This document shows, piece after piece, positions 1 through 9,126 of a stretch of DNA of 64,000 nt. How positions within the stretch are numbered: the stretch's first letter is position 1; each line of letters begins with the position of its first letter. The notes beneath the pieces were generated by a model, which saw nothing but the letters and a program-made list of their open reading frames with translations, ran no database searches and had not been told where the DNA came from. The DNA is from a virus: IMG/VR virus record IMGVR_UViG_3300046832_000578. One strand, given 5' to 3'. The position numbers and the translations under genes are program-made.

Positions 1-948
1 GAAAGTCGTGATGAGCAGTTCTTGTGGGTTGAGAAATATCGCCCACAAAAGATTGATGATTGTATTCTTCCTGAGTCTTTAAAGAAGACATTCAAGGATT
101 ATGTTGCACAAGGTGAGTTGCCTCACTTTCTATTGTGTGGCACGGCAGGTGTAGGTAAAACTACCATCGCCAAAGCATTGTGTAACGAAATCGGTGCAGA
201 GTATGTAATTCTTAATGGTTCAGATACTGGTGGTCATATCGATACACTCCGTACTACTATTAAGGGTTTTGCTACATCTGTGTCGCTAACTGATGCTAAG
301 AAAGTTATTATCTTAGACGAAGCAGATTATCTACAAGCAAACTCCACCCAACCAGCACTCCGTAATTACATGGAAGAATTCTCTGCCAATTGCAGATTTA
401 TCTTCACTGCTAATTATAAGAATCGTATCATTGAACCGATTCATTCTCGCTGTGCTGTTATTGAATTTAAGATTGACTCTAAAGAGAAGCAAGAGATTGC
501 TGCAGCATTCTTTAAACGAGCAACTGCTATTCTCAAACAAGAAAACATTGAGTTCGATCCTAAAGTTGTAGCAGAACTAATCACCAAACACTTTCCTGAT
601 TATCGTCGTATTCTTAATGAGATGCAACGATACTCTGTGTCAGGTAAAATCGACTCAGGCATTCTCGTCAATATGTCTGAAGAATCTTTCAAAGGTTTAA
701 TTAAACTTATGAAGGACAAAGACTTTACTGAAGTGCGTAAATGGGTTGCCAAAAACTCTGATGCAGATACAACTGCATTGTTTCGTGAATTGTATGACAA
801 CGCATCCGTAAATATGGATGTGAATAGTATTCCACCAATGGTTCTTATCCTAGCAGACTATCAATACAAAGCAGCATTTGTGGCTGACCATGAACTAAAT
901 ATTATGGCAGCACTAACTGAGATTATGGCTCAGTGCAAATTCAAATGA
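1..948 (+). CDS. gp44: clamp loader large subunit (T4 gp44-like AAA+ ATPase); 5' end lies before the window
   Basis: LWVEKYRP motif, Walker A GTAGVGKTT, DEAD-like LDEAD and SRC motif; frame is open from base 1. Confidence 0.95.
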   Translation, partial: ESRDEQFLWVEKYRPQKIDDCILPESLKKTFKDYVAQGELPHFLLCGTAGVGKTTIAKALCNEIGAEYVILNGSDTGGHIDTLRTTIKGFATSVSLTDAKKVIILDEADYLQANSTQPALRNYMEEFSANCRFIFTANYKNRIIEPIHSRCAVIEFKIDSKEKQEIAAAFFKRATAILKQENIEFDPKVVAELITKHFPDYRRILNEMQRYSVSGKIDSGILVNMSEESFKGLIKLMKDKDFTEVRKWVAKNSDADTTALFRELYDNASVNMDVNSIPPMVLILADYQYKAAFVADHELNIMAALTEIMAQCKFK

Positions 949-955
949 GGATGCC

Positions 956-1276
956 ATGGAATTTCTTATACTCTTTGCCGTACTAGTAGTGGGTATCCAC
1001 TGGGGCTGGACTGCTCGTGAAGCAGTTGCTAAACGAAGAGCAGACTTTCTTTTATCTAAATTACAAGAGATAGAAGAAGATACTCCAGAAGATATTATCC
1101 GTATTAATATTGAAAAAGATAATGGTGTGCTCTTTGCATACTACGAACAAGATAGTCGTTTTATAGTACAAGCAAACAGTCGTGAAGAACTGGAGAATAA
1201 ACTAAAAGAATTGTTTCCAGGAAAACGATTTGGTTGTTCTCCAGAAACCTTAAGAAAATGTGGCTTTATATTATGA
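956..1276 (+). CDS. hypothetical protein with N-terminal transmembrane helix
   Basis: ORF with GAGG RBS and hydrophobic N-terminus. Confidence 0.7.
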   Translation: MEFLILFAVLVVGIHWGWTAREAVAKRRADFLLSKLQEIEEDTPEDIIRINIEKDNGVLFAYYEQDSRFIVQANSREELENKLKELFPGKRFGCSPETLRKCGFIL

Positions 1277-1650
1277 CTCCCTTTGACTTTATTAATGCAA
1301 TTAACCTAACCAAAAAGAATCTGTTCGAAGATCCACAAGCAGAGAAAGACTATCTCCCCTTTCTTGTGAACAGGGGTTTGTCTTATTTTCCCGATACAGT
1401 CCTTTATGCCAACGAGATGAATCGTAACTCTGGCATCCCAAAAGACTGGCAATTTTCCTTTTTCCTAAATACTATACCAAAGAAAAAGAGATTCAGTAAG
1501 TGGCATAAAAAAGATGCCGATTCTGATTCCTTGACACTCGTTAAAGAGTACTTTGGTTACTCATCAGAGAAAGCATTAGAAGCATTGAGCATTCTCTCCG
1601 ATGAACAGTTGGCTATGATAAAAGAAAAATTATACAAAGGTGGAAAATAA
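1273..1650 (+). CDS. gp62: clamp loader small subunit (gp62)
   Basis: MTPFDFINAIN...YLPFLVNRGLSYF...EYFGYS; sits between gp44 and regA. Confidence 0.9.
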   Translation: MTPFDFINAINLTKKNLFEDPQAEKDYLPFLVNRGLSYFPDTVLYANEMNRNSGIPKDWQFSFFLNTIPKKKRFSKWHKKDADSDSLTLVKEYFGYSSEKALEALSILSDEQLAMIKEKLYKGGK

Positions 1651-2069
1651 TGACTGTTGAGATGATTTACTACGACTGGACTCCCGAGTCCATGCTTGAA
1701 GTGATACTGCCAGAACCAGACAATTTTTTAAAGGTTCGTGAGACACTTACTCGCATCGGCATCGCATCCAGAAAAGAAAACAAACTGTATCAATCGTGCC
1801 ATATCTTGCATAAGCAGGGTAGGTATTTCATCGTGCATTTTAAAGAATTGTTCGCTCTTGATGGTAAAGAATCAAACATCACGAGTGGAGATATTGAGAG
1901 AAGAAACGCTATTGCTAGTTTATTGCAAGACTGGGATCTTTTAAAGATTCTAAATAATGCATTGGTAGAACAAAAAGCATCACTCTCTCAAATTAAGGTG
2001 GTCTCTTATAAAGAAAAAGACCAGTGGGAATTAGTTCCAAAATATAACATAGGAAAAAAATCAAAATGA
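1650..2069 (+). CDS. regA: translational repressor RegA
   Basis: DNFLKVRETLTRIGIAS, LYQSCHILHKQGRYFIVHFKELF. Confidence 0.95.
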   Translation: MTVEMIYYDWTPESMLEVILPEPDNFLKVRETLTRIGIASRKENKLYQSCHILHKQGRYFIVHFKELFALDGKESNITSGDIERRNAIASLLQDWDLLKILNNALVEQKASLSQIKVVSYKEKDQWELVPKYNIGKKSK

Positions 2070-2239
2070 TCAAACTTGAATTGACAGTAGATGAGTGCAA
2101 TACTATTCTTCGTGTATTAGGTAAGCACCCATTTGAGGAAGTTGTAACAATTATTAACAAGATTAAAGCACAAGGCGAGCCACAAGTGCTAGCCATGGCA
2201 GAAGCAGAAAAATCTGCAGCTGAAGAACCAAAAGCATAA
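2066..2239 (+). CDS. small hypothetical protein (57 aa, MIKLELTVDEC...)
   Basis: ATGA overlap with the regA stop; open frame; absent from the ORF track. Confidence 0.7.
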   Translation: MIKLELTVDECNTILRVLGKHPFEEVVTIINKIKAQGEPQVLAMAEAEKSAAEEPKA

Positions 2240-2343
2240 ATACCATTAGGCATAACTAATGATTTTACTTAGGTTGTTTTTATGTTCTCCGTTATAAGTA
2301 TAAATGTCCTCTATGGACACTAACTTAATTAAGGAGAAAGATT

Positions 2344-2415
2344 ATGTGGACAACACCGACAGCAACAGACATGAGATTCGGATTCGAAGTAACAATGTAT
2401 GTGATGAACAGATAA
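2344..2415 (+). CDS. pqqA: PQQ precursor peptide PqqA (MWTTPTATDMRFGFEVTMYVMNR)
   Basis: 23-aa peptide with the PqqA E-x3-Y motif (EVTMY) and W-x2-P...R-x-GFE; strong AAGGAG RBS. Confidence 0.93.
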   Translation: MWTTPTATDMRFGFEVTMYVMNR

Positions 2416-2494
2416 GTTTAGAACCTACAAAAGAAGATAAAGAAATAAATATGCAAAAGTTACTTGAAAGTTTAAGTGACTGTGTATAAAAATT

Positions 2495-2595
2495 CACCTT
2501 AGGACCACTAAGTTACGAATCGTTATAAAGCAGACATGACGCACGATGTCGCTGGAATTGTAACCAGCATCTGATATGCCTTCGGGGTATCAATT
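2495..2595 (+). promoter_or_regulatory. structured 5' leader of hsp20 (four short hairpins, last with UUCG loop)
   Basis: cttag/ctaag, gacat/atgtc, gctgg/ccagc, tgatatgcc-TTCG-gggtatca. Confidence 0.5.
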
Positions 2596-2626
2596 TTAAT
2601 TTAACTCGCTTAATAGGAGAAACAAA

Positions 2627-3133
2627 ATGGTAAGACAATTCATCCCCACAATTTTTGGTGAACACTTCAAAGACTTTGATAAGGTGTTCGTAGGTTTTGA
2701 CGACCAGTTCTCGAAGATGCAAAGTCTTCATGACGAACTAACCAAAAACATCCCTAACTATCCTCCATTCAATGTTCGTAAGAACGGTAATACCTACACG
2801 ATTGAAATCGCTGTAGCAGGTTTCGCACAAAACGAAATCGACATTACCATCGATGGTGGCAAACTAATCGTTAAGGGTAACTCTGAATCAAAAGATCCAG
2901 AAGATACTGATTACTTGTTCAAAGGTATTGGCATGCGTGCGTTTACTCGTGCATGGGCAATCGGTGACCAGTATGAAGTTAAAGATGCTGAACTGTTCAA
3001 TGGTGTTCTAAAGATTGCTCTTGATCAATTGATTCCAGAAACACAGAAAGCAAAAAAAGTTCCAGTGAAGACTAAAGGGCAAAAAGAATTCTTACGAGAG
3101 GACGCATATGACAAAGCTGCTGAAACTCTTTAA
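2627..3133 (+). CDS. hsp20: small heat-shock protein Hsp20 (IbpA-like)
   Basis: NYPPFNV, IEIAVAGF, FKGIGMRAFTR, AELFNGVLKI alpha-crystallin motifs. Confidence 0.93.
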   Translation: MVRQFIPTIFGEHFKDFDKVFVGFDDQFSKMQSLHDELTKNIPNYPPFNVRKNGNTYTIEIAVAGFAQNEIDITIDGGKLIVKGNSESKDPEDTDYLFKGIGMRAFTRAWAIGDQYEVKDAELFNGVLKIALDQLIPETQKAKKVPVKTKGQKEFLREDAYDKAAETL

Positions 3134-3209
3134 GGATGTGTCTAGTGGGCTATATGAAGGTCTTCTTATGATGAGAAAACATAAAGCCGACAGGTTCAAT
3201 AGATTATGA
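3108..3209 (+). CDS. small hypothetical peptide (33 aa)
   Basis: GAGG RBS; overlaps the hsp20 end and is coupled to the next ORF. Confidence 0.45.
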   Translation: MTKLLKLFKDVSSGLYEGLLMMRKHKADRFNRL

Positions 3210-3283
3210 CTAACTGGATCCCAATGACAGATGATGATTGGGATTGGGTGAACGGTAAACAACCTAAACCAGTCAAGTCGTAG
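3206..3283 (+). CDS. small hypothetical peptide MTNWIPMTDDDWDWVNGKQPKPVKS
   Basis: ATGA coupling; ends just before a terminator. Confidence 0.45.
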   Translation: MTNWIPMTDDDWDWVNGKQPKPVKS

Positions 3284-3287
3284 AAAT

Positions 3288-3313
3288 TTTAGGGAGTCTT
3301 CGGATTCCCTAAA
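3288..3313 (+). terminator. UUCG hairpin terminator
   Basis: tttagggagtc-TTCG-gattccctaaa. Confidence 0.65.
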
Positions 3314-3321
3314 TACTTTCT

Positions 3322-3528
3322 ATGATGAGAGCAAAACTATCACCCAACATGATTTCATTTGTCACAGTTCGTCGTGGCGAATGGGTCTTAAAAATATCTG
3401 TGTTTAAGAACAGACAGATAATGGTAGTTGCACAGCATTGTTATGAGTTGGAAAGATTGCTTGTTAGATTCTTTATTGACCAAAATCATGCTGCAGATTT
3501 TATTGAACAACTTGTTATAGAGGAATAG
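3322..3528 (+). CDS. hypothetical protein
   Basis: ORF in co-linear gene array. Confidence 0.6.
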   Translation: MMRAKLSPNMISFVTVRRGEWVLKISVFKNRQIMVVAQHCYELERLLVRFFIDQNHAADFIEQLVIEE

Positions 3529-3529
3529 A

Positions 3530-3823
3530 ATGAACGACATTAGAGTATTTAAATTGATCAGTGGTGAAGAACTTATTGCACAGATTTTCAATCATTACGA
3601 TCGCCACATTGAATTAAAGAAACCCGCATCAATAGTAATGCAGAGAACTGAACAAGGTGTTGGAGTTGGACTCGCACCATATATGCCTTATGCGACAGGA
3701 AACATTGATCTACACAGAACTGCCATCGCATCAGACGCTGAACCCGACACTCAACTAGTCAACGAATATAGCCGACTTTTTGGCTCTGGCATCCAAATAG
3801 CCTCAGCATCGGCTCTTAAGTAA
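3530..3823 (+). CDS. conserved T4-like hypothetical protein (KLISGEELIA)
   Basis: motif typical of small Sm-like proteins of T4-like phages; RBS. Confidence 0.7.
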   Translation: MNDIRVFKLISGEELIAQIFNHYDRHIELKKPASIVMQRTEQGVGVGLAPYMPYATGNIDLHRTAIASDAEPDTQLVNEYSRLFGSGIQIASASALK

Positions 3824-3875
3824 GTAAGTGCTAACTTACTAGAGACGAGAGACCCTGTAGAGACAGGGCTAGAAT

Positions 3876-3940
3876 AACCCTACTTTCAGTAGGGTTTTTT
3901 GCATTTAGTTGTTGTCTTTAATTGCAACTTAGGGCATAAT
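3876..3940 (+). promoter_or_regulatory. early sigma70-type promoter with upstream palindrome
   Basis: AACCCTAC-N5-GTAGGGTT then TTGTCT-17-CATAAT (3912-3940). Confidence 0.8.
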
Positions 3941-3970
3941 AGTTATATTATGATGAAGAAAGGTGATAAG

Positions 3971-4312
3971 ATGAAATACGATGTTTACCAGTTTGTGCTT
4001 AGCAACTCAATGATTGATGAAGTGAATTCTTCTGATAGTCAGCGTCCTGCTTTCTATGAAAAGTATTTAAATGTGACTTGGAAACCGACTGCTGAGTCGA
4101 TCCTCGAAGCAAAAGAATATTTTAAGAAAGTTGCTACGATCGAAGCAGAAAACTTCGGGCAGGTTTTTGAAATCGGTAATATTGGTCCAGAAGAAAATAT
4201 TACTCGTCACGATCGCATGCACTCTGTTTCTGTTGGTGATGTGGTTGTTCGTGAAGATGGAACTGCAAAATTTGTAGATCGCATCGGGTTTGGCTCTGTG
4301 TTGTTTAACTAA
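3971..4312 (+). CDS. early hypothetical protein, YodL-like motif
   Basis: MHSVSVGDVVV motif; downstream of early promoter. Confidence 0.6.
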   Translation: MKYDVYQFVLSNSMIDEVNSSDSQRPAFYEKYLNVTWKPTAESILEAKEYFKKVATIEAENFGQVFEIGNIGPEENITRHDRMHSVSVGDVVVREDGTAKFVDRIGFGSVLFN

Positions 4313-4326
4313 AAGGGAAATATATT

Positions 4327-4566
4327 ATGAAAAACAAAAAAATTGTTGCAGTGATTTACAATCGGTCTACACAGACTAAAGCAGAGATCCGTGCTGAAGG
4401 TGAGAAAGCATTGAAAGCATTCTTACGCAAAGGTGGTGTGATTCAAGTTGACGAGAAAAAACGTCGTGTACCTAAGTCCAAGATGTCTGCAAAGTCGTCT
4501 CGTGGCTTTGTGTCTGGAACTGGTGGGTTTGCAACTGGATTCCCACGCAAAAGTCTTGCAATTTAA
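4327..4566 (+). CDS. basic early hypothetical protein
   Basis: ORF with RBS. Confidence 0.6.
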   Translation: MKNKKIVAVIYNRSTQTKAEIRAEGEKALKAFLRKGGVIQVDEKKRRVPKSKMSAKSSRGFVSGTGGFATGFPRKSLAI

Positions 4567-4569
4567 TAG

Positions 4570-4598
4570 TTGTCTTTAATTGCGAGTTGATGTATAAT
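4570..4598 (+). promoter_or_regulatory. early promoter
   Basis: TTGTCT-ttaattgcgagttgatg-TATAAT. Confidence 0.8.
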
Positions 4599-4607
4599 AG
4601 TTATATT

Positions 4608-4988
4608 ATGATGGAGAATGTGATGCAATCTTGGGAAGAAATGACTGTGTTGGAGCAAATGCAATGCCAGTTCTGGGATATGTATAAGGATGCCTATGGT
4701 GTCCGTCCTCGTGGTATCGATACCACTAGCTGGACTGAGGCTGACTTCGAAGCCGAATTCCAAATGCTGGGTAAGGTTATCGAGCAAGAGGACATTGCTC
4801 GCAAAGAAGCAGAAGCAGAAGCCACTGCTAAGTTTGAACAGCATGTTACCAATACCATCTGTATGGGTGCGAAAGATCGTGCCACTGCACTCCGCTGGAT
4901 CATGGATGCCAGCCAAGCAGGTGATGACTGGGAATACTTCTGTTTCCTCAATGGTCTACCCTATGGTTACTTTAGGGAAGCAGCATGA
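4608..4988 (+). CDS. early hypothetical protein (DMYKDAYGVRPR family)
   Basis: recurring phage motif; highly expressed codon style. Confidence 0.7.
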   Translation: MMENVMQSWEEMTVLEQMQCQFWDMYKDAYGVRPRGIDTTSWTEADFEAEFQMLGKVIEQEDIARKEAEAEATAKFEQHVTNTICMGAKDRATALRWIMDASQAGDDWEYFCFLNGLPYGYFREAA

Positions 4989-5332
4989 TTCTCGCTAAAG
5001 AGATCACTGTCTGGTCTACAGACTTTCAACCAAATCATACATATCTAATGAATGATTCGATGGATAAAATCATTGGGTATTTCAAATGGAACAATCCAAA
5101 AGACTTTACGAAGTTTAAGAATCCTCTAAGATTCGATACTCGTTATCGCAAATTCAAAATCCTCCAGCGTTATGAAGACAAAACAAATGCCAAGCGATGG
5201 AAGATTAATGGTAGTAAAGACCATGTGTATTATGTAGAAGAAACCGACAATGGAATGTCATGCACATGCATCGGTCACAAATATCATGGCAAGTGTAAAC
5301 ATATTGAACAGGTGAAGAATGAACATCAATAA
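4985..5332 (+). CDS. SWIM zinc-finger protein
   Basis: C-x-C-x8-C-K-H (CTCIGHKYHGKCKH). Confidence 0.75.
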   Translation: MILAKEITVWSTDFQPNHTYLMNDSMDKIIGYFKWNNPKDFTKFKNPLRFDTRYRKFKILQRYEDKTNAKRWKINGSKDHVYYVEETDNGMSCTCIGHKYHGKCKHIEQVKNEHQ

Positions 5333-6623
5333 ATTTTTAGATAGTCTAGCTGCGAATGCCTCACGCAATTTCAAGATCGACCAATTAAACGCACAGAGCG
5401 ATAACGAAACTCTGCGTGAGGTCATTCGTCTGGCTCTCGACCCATTTACGCAATTCTATCAGCGTAAGATCCCTCAGTATGTTACTGATTCTAAACAAAC
5501 CTCTTTGGAGAATGCACTTGGAGCACTTTATGATTTATCTTCTCGCACTGTTACAGGTAATGCAGCAATCGAATATCTACGCATGTTGCTCGCATCTTTA
5601 TCACCAGATGATGCTAAAGTTATCGAACGAATCATTCAGAAAGATCTGAAATGTGGTGTTGATGTATCCACTGCCAATAAAGTTTGGAGTGGATTAATTG
5701 CAGAGTATCCATGTATGTTATGCAGTCCATTCGAACAGAAGTTGGTTGACAAGATTAAGTTCCCAGCCTATGCTCAGATGAAGATGGATGGTATGCGATT
5801 CAATGCCATTGTTCGTGATGGTAAGGTAGAATTCCGTAGCAGAAATGGTAAACAGATTCATCTGTTGGGCAATCTGGAACAAGAATTTGCTACACTGGCA
5901 GGGAATATCGATTGTGTCTTTGATGGTGAGTTGTTGGTTATGCTTGAGGGTGATCATCAGTTTGCAGATCGTCAGACAGGTAATGGTATCCTTAACAAAG
6001 CAAACAAGGGTACAATTTCTGCTGAAGAAGCATCGATGGTACATGCATCTGTTTGGGATTTAATTCCGTATGTGATGTTTGAAGCAGGACAATGTTCAAC
6101 TCCATACTCAAAACGATTCTCGACTTTGGAACAGATTGTAAACAATCAGAAGTCAGATGGTAAAAAGATATGGACAGTATCATCTACAATTGTAGAAACA
6201 ATAGAACAAGCACAAGAGATCTTCCAAGAATACTTGTCTCTTGGTTACGAAGGTATCATCCTCAAAGATGGTAATGGTATCTGGGAAGACAAACGAAGCA
6301 AGACTCAGATTAAATTCAAAGGTGAATTGGAATGCGATCTGAAGATTGTTGCAGTTGAAGAAGGTAAAGGTAAGGCTACAGGAATGCTTGGTGCAATTAT
6401 CTGCGAGTCTGCAGATGGGATTGTAAAGGTAAATGTAGGATCTGGTTTCAATGATGCACAAAGAAAGCAATATTGGAAAGAAAATTTAGTTGACAAAATC
6501 GTGGCAGTGAAGTATAATGCTAGAATCAAAAACAAACAAGGTGAAGAGAGTCTGTTCCTACCTGTCTTTGTAGAAATCCGTGACGACAAAGATGTTGCAG
6601 ATTCTTCAAAAATTATTAAATGA
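5319..6623 (+). CDS. gp30: ATP-dependent DNA ligase (gp30)
   Basis: KMDGMR motif I, FDGEL, EGIILK, C-terminal OB fold SLFLPVF. Confidence 0.95.
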   Translation: MNINKFLDSLAANASRNFKIDQLNAQSDNETLREVIRLALDPFTQFYQRKIPQYVTDSKQTSLENALGALYDLSSRTVTGNAAIEYLRMLLASLSPDDAKVIERIIQKDLKCGVDVSTANKVWSGLIAEYPCMLCSPFEQKLVDKIKFPAYAQMKMDGMRFNAIVRDGKVEFRSRNGKQIHLLGNLEQEFATLAGNIDCVFDGELLVMLEGDHQFADRQTGNGILNKANKGTISAEEASMVHASVWDLIPYVMFEAGQCSTPYSKRFSTLEQIVNNQKSDGKKIWTVSSTIVETIEQAQEIFQEYLSLGYEGIILKDGNGIWEDKRSKTQIKFKGELECDLKIVAVEEGKGKATGMLGAIICESADGIVKVNVGSGFNDAQRKQYWKENLVDKIVAVKYNARIKNKQGEESLFLPVFVEIRDDKDVADSSKIIK

Positions 6624-6865
6624 TACTCGAAAGCAGATTAAAACCAAAAAGATTTTTTGATGTTAAATCAAAACAGGATATGAGTCTTGTAAAAAGATTC
6701 GTCAAAGACCAGACATGGGGAACTGAAGGATGTCCATTTTATCTTGAGTTTCCTTACACAACAATTCCAGATATGGTTAAAGACAAAGTCATACATCATA
6801 CACTGGGAATAAAATTCAATAGATTCCATCATGTATTTGGAGAACAAAATGAAAGTAGTAATTAA
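6620..6865 (+). CDS. hypothetical protein
   Basis: translationally coupled ORF. Confidence 0.65.
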   Translation: MILESRLKPKRFFDVKSKQDMSLVKRFVKDQTWGTEGCPFYLEFPYTTIPDMVKDKVIHHTLGIKFNRFHHVFGEQNESSN

Positions 6866-7214
6866 TAGATGTTTTGGTGGGTTCGGTATCTCAAATTTAG
6901 CATTTGAGAAATTACTTGAACGCAAGGGTATTGCATTTGATAAAGTGCCTGCCAAATATCCAATTCGTGGAAATGACTCAGACTATTACAAAGCTGGTAG
7001 TCCACAATCTGATGCGACATACCTAAGTGAGCATGAGTTCTATGAACAACGCAATGATCCAGATTTGATTGCAGTGATTGAAGAGTTGGGTAAAGATTCA
7101 TGGGGTTGGGCATCAGAACTGGCAATCTTGGATATTCCAGATGATGTTGAATGGCATATCAGTGAATACGATGGACTTGAACATGTGGCAGAAAATCATA
7201 GGACTTGGTCATGA
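6849..7214 (+). CDS. conserved phage hypothetical protein (KVVINRCFGGF...YDGLE)
   Basis: recurring phage family motifs. Confidence 0.75.
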   Translation: MKVVINRCFGGFGISNLAFEKLLERKGIAFDKVPAKYPIRGNDSDYYKAGSPQSDATYLSEHEFYEQRNDPDLIAVIEELGKDSWGWASELAILDIPDDVEWHISEYDGLEHVAENHRTWS

Positions 7215-7759
7215 AAAAAGAATTAGATGAAGCACTCTGTGCAAAGTATCCGCTGATCTTTAGAGATCGTCATGCGAATATGCAAACCACAGCCATGTGT
7301 TGGGGATTTGAATGCGGTGATGGTTGGTATAACATCATCGATGTTCTTTGTGGACTATTGACTTCTGAATATCGTGGTGCGAAAAGTCAATACGAATACA
7401 TTAAAGATAAAGTGAATCAACCAACATATGGTTTTAAAGATAATGGTGACCCTGTTGGTAAAATTATCACTCAAGAACTGATTGATGAACGTAAAGCAAA
7501 GATGGAAGAAGAAGAATTGAAAGTTCCAGTCGCTTCTCAGGTTAAAGAAAAGTTCGGTGGACTAAGATTCTATGTTCATGGTGCAACTGATACACATTAT
7601 AAGTATATCACCTTTGCAGAGAGTATGAGTTATCGTACATGCGAAGAATGTGGTGCTCCAGGAAAAACATACACTGATGGTTGGCATACTACTCTGTGTG
7701 ATATTCATGCAGCGATGGCTGGTCGTGAGGAAGAATATGAGTATGAGGAGAATGAATAA
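7211..7759 (+). CDS. hypothetical protein with QVKEKFGGLRFY motif and zinc-binding CxxC
   Basis: GFECGDGW, KEKFGGLRFY, CEECG. Confidence 0.75.
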   Translation: MKKELDEALCAKYPLIFRDRHANMQTTAMCWGFECGDGWYNIIDVLCGLLTSEYRGAKSQYEYIKDKVNQPTYGFKDNGDPVGKIITQELIDERKAKMEEEELKVPVASQVKEKFGGLRFYVHGATDTHYKYITFAESMSYRTCEECGAPGKTYTDGWHTTLCDIHAAMAGREEEYEYEENE

Positions 7760-8124
7760 TGTTTTATGGTAAAGACTCTATTGAGGAAAACTTTTCTCTT
7801 GTTTTAAAGAAACTTGATGAACAAGAATTGTTTCTGTTTGAACCAATGCCAAGTTATAAATTAAACGAAAGATGGACTGATGAATTTCGTATTCGTGATG
7901 GTCATACTAAACTTGCTGATGGTTCATGGGTAACTATTCATAAATTAACTACATATGTTGAGTCCCTAAAGAAAAGTACTACAGAATTATACGAACACTA
8001 TCAAGAAACTCTTAGTCAGTTGAATATGGTGAGACAACAAAAGCGTGAGATGGAATTTGGTCTGCGTACTGCGCAGAAATCTTTGGATAAAGCACTAGCA
8101 ATGAAAGGTGATAGAGATGAGTAA
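7759..8124 (+). CDS. hypothetical coiled-coil protein
   Basis: coupled ORF. Confidence 0.65.
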   Translation: MFYGKDSIEENFSLVLKKLDEQELFLFEPMPSYKLNERWTDEFRIRDGHTKLADGSWVTIHKLTTYVESLKKSTTELYEHYQETLSQLNMVRQQKREMEFGLRTAQKSLDKALAMKGDRDE

Positions 8125-8557
8125 AGAATATATTGAGATGTTAAAACAAGAACGACAGGTTCTACTTGATCGTTACGATCCTTACAATGAGGGTACTGGC
8201 CATTTTAATACTGCTGTTAGCGTATTGACTGCTCGTATTGAAGAGTTGGAAACTCCATCTAAAATCAAAGAAGGTTCAGTGTGGGTATTGGTTGAAGCAA
8301 TTCAATCATATCGTATGCGTTACATGATTGAAACACCAGCAACTAATCCAGAGTATGCCATGGATGATGTTACCTGTGAAGATGCTAAAGAGTTTTCTCA
8401 ATTGGCATTACCAGAAGTGATTACATCGCATCGTGTTGTTTCTGAAGAAGAAGCATTGATTCTTTGTGACATTGATAATGATTACACTAATGGTTGGACT
8501 AAAGAGCAAAAGATTAATGCATTCTTCACTAAAGAAGGTGAAGGTCGGGGATTCTAA
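8117..8557 (+). CDS. hypothetical protein
   Basis: coupled ORF. Confidence 0.65.
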   Translation: MSKEYIEMLKQERQVLLDRYDPYNEGTGHFNTAVSVLTARIEELETPSKIKEGSVWVLVEAIQSYRMRYMIETPATNPEYAMDDVTCEDAKEFSQLALPEVITSHRVVSEEEALILCDIDNDYTNGWTKEQKINAFFTKEGEGRGF

Positions 8558-9126
8558 TGTTTATGTTTGATGTAGAAACGCTGGGAGTAGAATCAACTTG
8601 TGTGATTCTCTCTGCAGCTATGGTTCATTTTGATCCAGAAAAGCGACCAACATATCAAGACTTGTTGGACAATTCATGTTTCGTAAAGTTTGATGTGAAG
8701 GAACAACTACAACTTGGAAGAACATCATCCAAGGGCACACTTGATTGGTGGAAAGGTCAACACGAATATGTTCGTAAGGTTTCTTTGGATCCATCTCGTG
8801 AAGATATGACTGTCGAAAATGGCTTGAATGCATTCTATAACTACATGAGTAAGTTTGCAAATGCTGATAAACAAACAATGTGGGCACGAGGTTCACTTGA
8901 TCAGATGGCGATTGATTCATTGGCAGTTAGAGTTGGCATGCAAGAAATTACAGGGTATAATGTATGGAGAGATGTCAGAACTGCAGTTGATATTCTCTAC
9001 GGCACTACAAATGGATATGTAGATGTAGATCATCCTTTGTTTAAGCGACATGAAGTCATCAAACATCATCCTGTTCACGACTGTGCACTTGATGCAATGC
9101 AACTAATGTATGGAAAAATAACTTAA
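8557..9126 (+). CDS. dexA: 3'-5' exonuclease, DEDDh family (DexA-like)
   Basis: FDVETLG ExoI, WARG..D, HHPVHDC ExoIII. Confidence 0.8.
   Translation: MFMFDVETLGVESTCVILSAAMVHFDPEKRPTYQDLLDNSCFVKFDVKEQLQLGRTSSKGTLDWWKGQHEYVRKVSLDPSREDMTVENGLNAFYNYMSKFANADKQTMWARGSLDQMAIDSLAVRVGMQEITGYNVWRDVRTAVDILYGTTNGYVDVDHPLFKRHEVIKHHPVHDCALDAMQLMYGKIT

Noticed and set aside
2304-2489. 61-aa ORF from the track
   Set aside because: It overlaps pqqA in another frame and has no RBS; the pqqA frame has the RBS and the family motif. A shorter downstream peptide cannot be excluded.
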